64,000 bases of DNA, taken from NCBI GenBank assembly GCA_964016885.1, contig OZ024759.1, positions 30,876,001 to 30,940,000 of the forward strand, in the 5' to 3' direction. Shown here in pieces: positions 55,637-64,000 of the stretch. The position numbers and the translations under genes are program-made. Below the pieces are notes generated by a model. The model was not told where the DNA came from. It made no database searches and was given only the letters and a program-made list of their open reading frames with translations. The stretch comes from Eledone cirrhosa. Its lineage: Eukaryota. Position 1 is the first letter of the stretch. Every line of letters begins with the position of its first letter.

Positions 55637-55791
55637 CCAATTCAATAACAACATAGTAGACAGATTAAGTTTGTAGACGCCATTGTTAATAAATGTTAAA
55701 TAGAATAAAAAAACTTATTCTCCAGCTGAAAAAATTCTTTCATACTTCTCTGTTTCTTTCTTTGTTCCTTTCATTATTTTTTTTTTCTCTT

Positions 55792-55979
55792 CGGTGGATT
55801 GGCAGTATCGGTAGAGGGTCGGACGCCATGCTTTGACGCATAGAGTTACGGCCCTTTCCATTCTGAGTTCAAATCCCGCCGAGGTTAACTTTGCCTTTCA
55901 TCCTTACGGGGTCGATAAAATAAAGTACCAGTCATGTACTGGGTAATTTGCTGGCCTTGTGCCAAAAGTAGAAACAATT
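55792..55979 (+). mobile_element. SINE family 1, full length
   Basis: Near-consensus copy. Confidence 0.92.
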
Positions 55980-56722
55980 GTTTTTTTTCTCTTTTATCGT
56001 TCTTTCTTTTTTTCTTTCGTTTTTTTTTCCTTTCTTTATATTTTATTTTCCTTTATTTTTTATTTCTTTATGTTTGCTCTTTTTTTCCTCTCTTTCTTTT
56101 TCCTCTCTTTCTTTTCACTCTTTTCTTTTTTTCCTTTTTCACTATTCTTTCTTTCTTTTTTCTCTTTTCTTTCCTTTTCCTTTCGTTTTCTTTTCTAGAT
56201 TTTTCTAGATTTTTTTTCTTCCTATCTTTCTATCTTTCCTTCTTTCTATCCCTCCATCATTTAATGTCTTTTACTCTGTCACACATTAAACCATCCATTC
56301 TCTATATTTTAACGTTCGATTTCTGTTGTTTTATTTTTTTGTGTGTGTTTGTTTGTTTGTTTATCTATTTATCTGTTCGTTTCTCTCTCCCTTCCTTTCT
56401 AACCCCCCCCCCTTCTCTCTCTCTCCCTTTCTCTCTCCTTCCCTTTCTTCTCCCTCCTTCCCTTCCTTTCTCTCTCTCTTTTCCCTCTATCACTTTCCTC
56501 CCTTTCCCACGCTTCTCACTCTCTCCTTTCCCTCCCTCATTTCTCTCTCTCTCATCTATATCATTCCTATAGATGTTTTCCTATCAAAGTCAAATAATTA
56601 CTTTAGTTCAATAATTACCAATGTCTTCGATCCTCTTTCAACAATCTACTTGAAAATATTTTATTTTTACTTATTCACCAATGTCTTAGATTTTCTCTTT
56701 GCCTCCTCTCTCCCTCTTTCTT

Positions 56723-56754
<32 letters not shown>

Positions 56755-56905
56755 TCTCTCTCTCTTTTCTCTCTCTCTCTCCTTCTCTCTCTCTCGCTGA
56801 CTCTTATTTTCTCTCCTTCTTTCTCCTGCCTCTCTCTTTCTCCTTTCTAGCCCTCTTGCTCTTTATCATTCTATCTCTTGCTCTCCGTCTCTCTCTTTCT
56901 CTCTC

Positions 56906-56950
<45 letters not shown>
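55980..56950. repeat. Polypyrimidine / (CT)n low-complexity tract
   Basis: Direct reading. Confidence 0.9.
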
Positions 56951-56955
<5 letters not shown>

Positions 56956-57357
56956 TGTGTTTATGTTTGTATGTGACTATATGAGTCTTTCTTTGTGTGT
57001 GTGTAATTGGTTGTGTGTGTGAATGTGTGTGTAAGTGGATGTGTGTATGTGACTATGCAAGTGGTTGTGTGCTTGTGACTGTGTGCTTGACTATGTGTGT
57101 AAATGTGTGTATGTGTGACTGCGTAAATGATTGTGTGTGTGTGTGTGACAGCGTGTGTAAGTGATTGTGTGTGTGTGTGAATGTGCAAGTGTGTGTGTGT
57201 GTGACAGTATGTGTAAGTCTGTGTATTCAGTAACAACATTTAGTTACTATATTTCATTATATTTCTACACAAATCTCTTCAAACTGAACGAGAACGAGAA
57301 CAAAATCAATTCAACGTTCCATTGAGACGTCCAAAGATATAAAAAACACTTCATATT

Positions 57358-57420
<63 letters not shown>

Positions 57421-57516
57421 ATATGTATATATGTATGTATATATGTATGTATATATGTATGTATGTATGTGTACACACACAACATATGCATTTGTGTTTA
57501 CAGGTATATATATATG

Positions 57517-57590
<74 letters not shown>

Positions 57591-57653
57591 TATGCATATA
57601 TAGACTCATATATATGCATATATATATATAAATGTATATATATATATATAAAT

Positions 57654-57700
<47 letters not shown>

Positions 57701-57780
57701 TGTATATATGTATATATATTTATATATATATATATGGATGCATATGTCTGTGTATATAAGTACACGTACAAATACATACG

Positions 57781-57833
<53 letters not shown>

Positions 57834-59722
57834 GTGTGTGTGTGTGTGTATATAAGCACTAAAGGGACATTCTTTTCTGCCTGTGAATACTACTGAAGTC
57901 GTTTTATTAAGGCTTCGAGCAGAAGCTATTATTATGAAAATCATTTTATTTTTTATAATTTTTTTTTTATTTAACGATCAGCCTGCCTACCATACTACCG
58001 TAATTAAATGGTTTTATTGAAATATCTGACAGATGAAAATATCGAAGAGGGAAATATACTTTTGAATAAATATCTAAAACTAAACACACATTAGTATCCG
58101 CTGACATCTCCTCAAACCAAACCAACCGCTCTCTCATAGAACCATGACAGAGAAACACTTGAAATGACACACATTCAGTCTATCTCACCCGTACATATAC
58201 CCTCACGTATAATAACAATGAATAGAAAAACGTTAAATCTAATAACGTGTGTATCACAGTTTGTTCATTACTTCATGTTACATTTTCTCTCAAATCTCTT
58301 CATACATTCACACCCTGAAAAAAACAAAAAACAAAATAGAAATTGATTTTTTTTTTCGTATTCTTCAGCCGCCATGTTTGCCAGGGTTTTTTTTTATTTG
58401 TTTTTATAGTTTTCATCGTTTTATCGTCGTTTGCTTGCTTATTATAATGGTAGAACAGATCAATAATATAATTGACTACTTCTCTATAATTTATGGATAT
58501 AAAACAGCTTGCTAGTTTCTCCACCAGCGTTATAATCTTACTAAAACCGGAAATTTATTGAAATTCTAGAGAAAAGTGCACGTCGTAAGAACGAATTTAG
58601 TTCGTTTCTTATTTACTTGCATTGTTATTATTTTCATTATTATTATTAAAATATACCATTGATACTATTCCTATTAAGTTGTATTCTTAAATTATTGATT
58701 TAAGTGAGATTGCTTGTAATACAAACAAAGAAATATATACTCCTAAACAATAGCTACTGCTAATAAAGTTTGTATTTCAAACCAGCAATTGATTCAACGT
58801 GAGAACGCAGGCAGCAACAGCCAAACATATTATATTAATGTCTTATTTTCTTTAGATTCTGTTTGATGAGGTGGTAGGTTTGGTTGGGCCGATAAACCAT
58901 TGCAGCATCTAATTTCTCCCGACTTCATTTACAATAGAAATATTCTTCATGGTAGAATTTATAGCGTTTTCATATGGACATAACAAATTAATATATCTAG
59001 ACCAGGCGGTCGATTATTAAATTGAATTATTTCCTTTACTGCAAATATTTGCTGGGCCCTCTGTAATTATTGAATGACACATTAAATGTTACAAATCTCT
59101 TTCATTTCCAATCGATCCCATTGAAACAATAAAACAATAATTGCAAGAGGTCAATCTCGATATTCGATCGGTTTCTCTGAAATTGTGACCAGGTCTTGAC
59201 AAAAACATTTAATTCGTGCTGCCTCATTTAACTGAACTGGAAATAAGGATTTCTGATTTAGACACAAGGCTAACTATTTTGGGTGTGAGGAAAGCAGGGA
59301 AAGTCGATTAAATCGACCCCAGTACGTTACTGGTACTTTGTTTTCTTCTCCCTGGAAGGATGAAACGTAAGAATTGAACTCGTGAGGTGGAAATAATAAA
59401 CTTAAATACACTAGATTGGGTTGTTCTCTTCTAGGGCTCTCGTTTGGTTTTTGGGGGGTAGGTTATAAGAAGAGACACCCCTGCTAGAGATATAATCATA
59501 CTCCACTAAACATCTATATATTGAGTGATTTTAAAAAACAATCTTCAGGGCACAGTCAAGATGGGGGGGGGGGGGGGGGTCGATGGACGTGCAGACAAAA
59601 AATCATGGACCAGCTACATCAAAGACTGTATATATATATATATATATAGGAAAATGTTTAACCCCGACGGCAGGTCCATCTGGTTCCTTACCACACTTCT
59701 TTCGTTATATATATATATATAT

Positions 59723-59930
59723 CAGATTAGATAGGGTGTGGTACAAACCAACTAGAGCATAACCTACCAGTTTATTCGATACTTGGGGTAGTAGAGTAGG
59801 TAATATGAAAACATTCAGGACCCCGACGGCTGAGCTCCGGCCGTTTCGTCAGCTAGGTTCGAACTTTAAGTTAGGATCTAGTTGTCGAAACGGTCAGAGC
59901 TCAGCCATCGGCGTCCCGAATCTTTTCATA
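59723..59930 (+). mobile_element. Family I element with diverged terminal fold-back
   Basis: Leader plus inverted pair of GAAACGGC..GCCGTCGGGGTCC halves; (TA)n flanks; a further fragment at 59648-59706. Confidence 0.8.
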
Positions 59931-59947
59931 TATATATACATATATTT

Positions 59948-60070
<123 letters not shown>

Positions 60071-60107
60071 CACACACACACATACACATATATATATATA
60101 TATATAT

Positions 60108-60297
60108 AACGAAGGAAATGTGGTAAGGAACCAGGTGGACCATAACGCACCAAAGTACTCAATACTTAGGGTAGTAGAGTGGGTAATAGGAACAAGTAAG
60201 ACCCCGACGGCTGAGCTCAAGCCGTTTCGACGGCTAATTCTAGTACAGAATTAGCCGTCGAAACGGCTTGTGCTCAGCCGTCGGGGTCTTACTTGTT

Positions 60298-60302
<5 letters not shown>
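60108..60302 (+). mobile_element. Family I element with a 56-bp-arm terminal palindrome (60186-60302)
   Basis: Arms 60186-60241 and 60247-60302, one mismatch, loop AGTAC; (TA)n on both sides. Confidence 0.88.
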
Positions 60303-60365
<63 letters not shown>

Positions 60366-60367
<2 letters not shown>

Positions 60368-60566
60368 TAAAAGGAAAAGAAAATGCTGACAAATTGTTCC
60401 CAGTGAAAAATAGTTTAATTAGTAATAAGTAAAAATTAGTAATTAGTAATAAGTATTGGTTAGTATTCAGTTTTGGTTTTAAGTTTTTACCGGTTGCGCA
60501 TTTCTAATGCTTTTCAAAAATAATTTTGAGATAGAGCGCCCGTGGTATTTGATTGACTGGGAGCCT
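60366..60566 (-). mobile_element. Family J element
   Basis: Matches the left arm of 36784-37018 and extends beyond its fold-back point. Confidence 0.8.
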
Positions 60567-60645
60567 AGATATCTTACTAATTGACCACAGTTTGACTATT
60601 AGCCACGCGTGAATATGCATTAATGTCCATTGCCCATTATTTTGT

Positions 60646-60831
60646 GGGCGGTGGATTGGCAGTATCGGTAGAGGGTCGGACACCATGCTTTCCAGCATAG
60701 TTACATCCCTTTACGATCTGAGTTCAAATCCCGCCGAGGTTAACTTTGCCTTTCATCCTTACGGGGTCGATAAAATAAAGTACCAGTAATACACTGGGAT
60801 AATTGCTGGCCTTGTGCCAAAAGTAGAAACA
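60646..60831 (+). mobile_element. SINE family 1, full length, 10-bp TSD
   Basis: TSD ATTATTTTGT at 60636-60645 and 60832-60841. Confidence 0.93.
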
Positions 60832-61323
60832 ATTATTTTGTCGCCGTGATGGTGGCTGGCGGCGGTGGCGGTGACGGCGGTGTTGGAGGAGATGGTGTTG
60901 TGTTGAATAAAATTAAGCTAGAGTATCATTTTCTGTAATGTAGGCAACACATACGAAATCTTCTCAACGTTTCGTCTTCATTGCCAATCGTAATATGATT
61001 ATTATAGTTGAGACAAGACGCTTAGAATATTTGAGGCAAGATATATGTGAGTATTATGAACTACAAGTGAATTATAATCTCTGAATTCTTAGTCACCCTC
61101 ACTAATTAATCCAGCTCATTCGATTTAATCCATCTCCATTAACGCTTAATTTAACACATTAGAACATCTCCTGGTCATTACTGAATTAATATGACATTGC
61201 GTTAACTAAGAGGTTTGGTACCCCTTTTAATTTCAAAAGGGTTACAGTGTTATTATATATAGTGAACTCTATCCCAAATACACCAGCTTATTCATGCATA
61301 CATATATACATACATACATATAT

Positions 61324-61363
<40 letters not shown>

Positions 61364-61579
61364 GTTAAAAAATGTACATCCACATATGTATACTGAAATA
61401 CTAGTATGCATATGATTACACACACGTATACATATGTAGATGTACCGAGTTTTTCACTGGTCACTTTACTGTGAGTGTCCAGCTATTCTGTATGTAAACA
61501 CACAGACAAACCGGTTTTTAGAGTCATACTGGTTTTTTAGGAAACACCTTTCCTCTATTCTCCAGAAAGCCAGACAAGG

Positions 61580-61624
61580 AATATTGAACTAGTTTCGATG
61601 TTGTTACATCTCATCAGCAATATT
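61580..61624 (-). ncRNA. Type I minimal hammerhead ribozyme motif, family L
   Basis: Minus strand AATATTG-CTGATGA-GATGT aaca ACATC-GAAA-CTAG-TT-CAATATT: perfect stems I and II, palindromic CTAG, GUU triplet. Confidence 0.88.
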
Positions 61625-63134
61625 TACCTATCTTCCGGCCTCTCTAGAGAATCGTAAAAGCACATATCGTTATATGCTTTTTCTATGGAAATTAGTAGTG
61701 GGCAGACTAACTTGCATAGAGCGTGAGTACGTACCGGTTCAACGGAGACGATAAAAACAAATAACGAAACGAAATTAAATTTCGTTTCGTTTGTAACTCA
61801 CTTTTGTATGACTGACGCTTAAACAATTAAGTATATTATATATATACATGCATATTATATATATACATGCATACATACAGGCGTGCACACCTGCCTACTT
61901 GAATGGATACATACATTCATACGTGCATGTACTCTTGCAGACTGATTATATAAATACGTGCGTATTACAGTCCATAAATACATGTACACTTACATATGCA
62001 CATATTTAGCATGCATACAGACATGCATATACATGATACCAACATACATTGGTGATGACACCGTTAGACTTTTATCGTTTATAGCTCGTTGATTAAAAGC
62101 GGGAAACCAATAAAATTCTTCCAAGCAATTTTATGTTGAACCAGAATCAAACGTAATTTTTAAACCGTTTTAACTCTCGTTCTTTTGATCCCGCTAAATG
62201 TTTTGCCAAATATCTCATTCTCTCTTCAAAATGTCCATCTCTCTTTATGTTGTCGTTCTAATAATTCGTATTATCCAAACTATTAGGAACTCGTGAAGTA
62301 AATCAATCAATTGATGATTTTCAACTTTTATGCCAGCAACGCTGCGGTTATTAGCCTTTCCCGTTAATCAAATTCTCCTAGCCTTCTCACTTAACTAAAT
62401 TGTTTAGACCGGAAATAAATCATTTCTTCAAAATTAGTTGTCGCCATTTTTCTCTGCACTTTTAACAGCATCTTATAACTTTCTTCCTTCATATCCTTTT
62501 AATTATTTTTTTCTCTTTAACCCCCTTGTTACTTTTAATACCATGGTCATGAGCATTTCAGCCATACTATTACGGCTGGTATTAACATTCAAAATATTAA
62601 CTGGTAGAAGAGATATGTCTTTTTCTATGTAAGATAAACACATTTCGTAAGTTTACACAATATAAGAAAGTATGTAATTTTGCAGGCTGCGACAATGTGA
62701 AAGGTGTGGTACGATTTAAGATAAAAGAAGGTAACAAAGCTGCTCTGTTTTACCTGTTCTTTATTTAATTACGACCTTAATTTTTGAGATAAAATCTCCT
62801 CAACAGAAGTAAAGAACCTTGTAAAATAGATAAAACCTTTTAGCTTGTATGTGCCATCTTTTCTTTTTGTTTACACCGTTACTAGCCGGAAGTGATAGTG
62901 GGAGGTGTGAGAAGTGTTAAAGCCTGTGTGTGTGCCTGCGTGTGAATGAGCGTGTGCGTTTGTTTGTTTTTTTTATTTTTACAATATATTTTTTGTTTCT
63001 GAAGGTTTTGAGCGTAGTTTCAAATGTTAATGATGAATTTGTTAACTGTATTTGTAACTATTATGACCTGTAATCGCCACACCTCAGATATATTCACTGA
63101 TTTATTGTGATATATTATCTCCCCTTTGAAATAG

Positions 63135-63288
63135 ATCACTGTTGAGTGTAATTATTCAGCGGTTACACAAAGACCTGAAACCCGTCAACAAAAGTTGGAA
63201 CAATTCTTAATATATGCAACTGAACCCACTAAGGCCATTGAAATACTTTGGCAGCCTCAACTATCCCAAGACACGAGAGCCTCTAAAT
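63135..63288 (+). CDS. Candidate internal coding exon of an unidentified gene
   Basis: Acceptor TTATCTCCCCTTTGAAATAG|, donor T|GTAAGT, 154 nt open in phase 0: ITVECNYSAVTQRPETRQQKLEQFLIYATEPTKAIEILWQPQLSQDTRASK. Confidence 0.45.
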
Positions 63289-64000
63289 GTAAGTACGTAA
63301 ATCTTAATACCTATTTTTTTATTTCAATTAAAAGAGCATTTCAAACTACATGATCCGATATGAACACATTTATTTAAGATACTAGGTAAGAGAGAGATCA
63401 TCGGCTAATATTTCCAGCACATCTTGTGACCATGAAAATACTGACGACATATGCAATGTCTATTTTTCCGATTTTACACATTTCACCCAATCTACTTAAG
63501 TTTAAATGTTCCGGTATATCATGTAATGCCTTTCTTAGATATAAAATTATTTGTTCAAGAAAGTGGACATAAGTGCTTTCATTGGCTGATTTCAAGTATA
63601 TAGATGTATATTTAACCAGGCGAAGTGCCTTCTGTTATTTTTAAGTGCGTTGAAATCAATATTGAAACTTTTCTGCTTTTCAAAAGTCATTTGCTGTAAA
63701 GGTAAAATAAAATACAGAAGATAGCATTAAATATTTAGTAAAAGCGGTAAGCAAATTATACACTTACAGCTTCACTCTGACCACAGCTAGTTCCCTGTTA
63801 CCGTCATAATGAATTTTCTCTAAACTACCGTACCGGAAAATATTGGATGGAAACTTCAAGTTGAGGTATTCGTGATATTCTATATTATTCACTATTCACT
63901 TATTCAACTCACCATCAATCAATACATCTATATTATAACATTCCATCACCCTTTGCAATAACAACTTATGATCAAGTATATTAAGAACAGAGAGGGGTTA

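Noticed and set aside
62040-62640. Purine-rich minus-strand stretch that looks like a decayed ORF
   Set aside because: Many stops and no motif I can recognise without a search.
63769-63880. Minus-strand exon EYHEYLNLKFPSNIFRYGSLEKIHYDG.. with GTAAGT donor
   Set aside because: No usable acceptor, and it conflicts in strand with the better candidate at 63135-63288.

Overview
AT-rich, microsatellite-saturated eukaryotic non-coding DNA, probably from an octopus or other coleoid cephalopod. That assignment is inferred from the SINE family and the repeat landscape and is not verified. No complete protein-coding gene is recognisable, and nearly all listed ORFs are translations of simple or tandem repeats. 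One plausible internal exon lies at 63135-63288. The window holds about 15 copies of one tRNA-derived SINE, a second SINE family, 3' fragments of RTE, CR1-group, CRE and R4/Dong LINEs, several MITEs, a degraded hAT-like transposase and several satellites. The most striking signal is absent from the ORF track. At least eight mutually unrelated families of short (about 65-400 bp) elements mostly sit inside (TA)n tracts, are often arranged as fold-back inverted repeats, and carry type I hammerhead ribozyme motifs (CUGANGA...GAAA...UH) of the minimal Penelope-like kind. A 5'-truncated Penelope-like element with an open GIY-YIG frame (7828-8088), an inverted copy of its 3' end and a captured copy of nearby flanking DNA is a plausible example of the machinery that mobilises them. 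All ribozyme calls come from manual base-pairing, and activity is untested.
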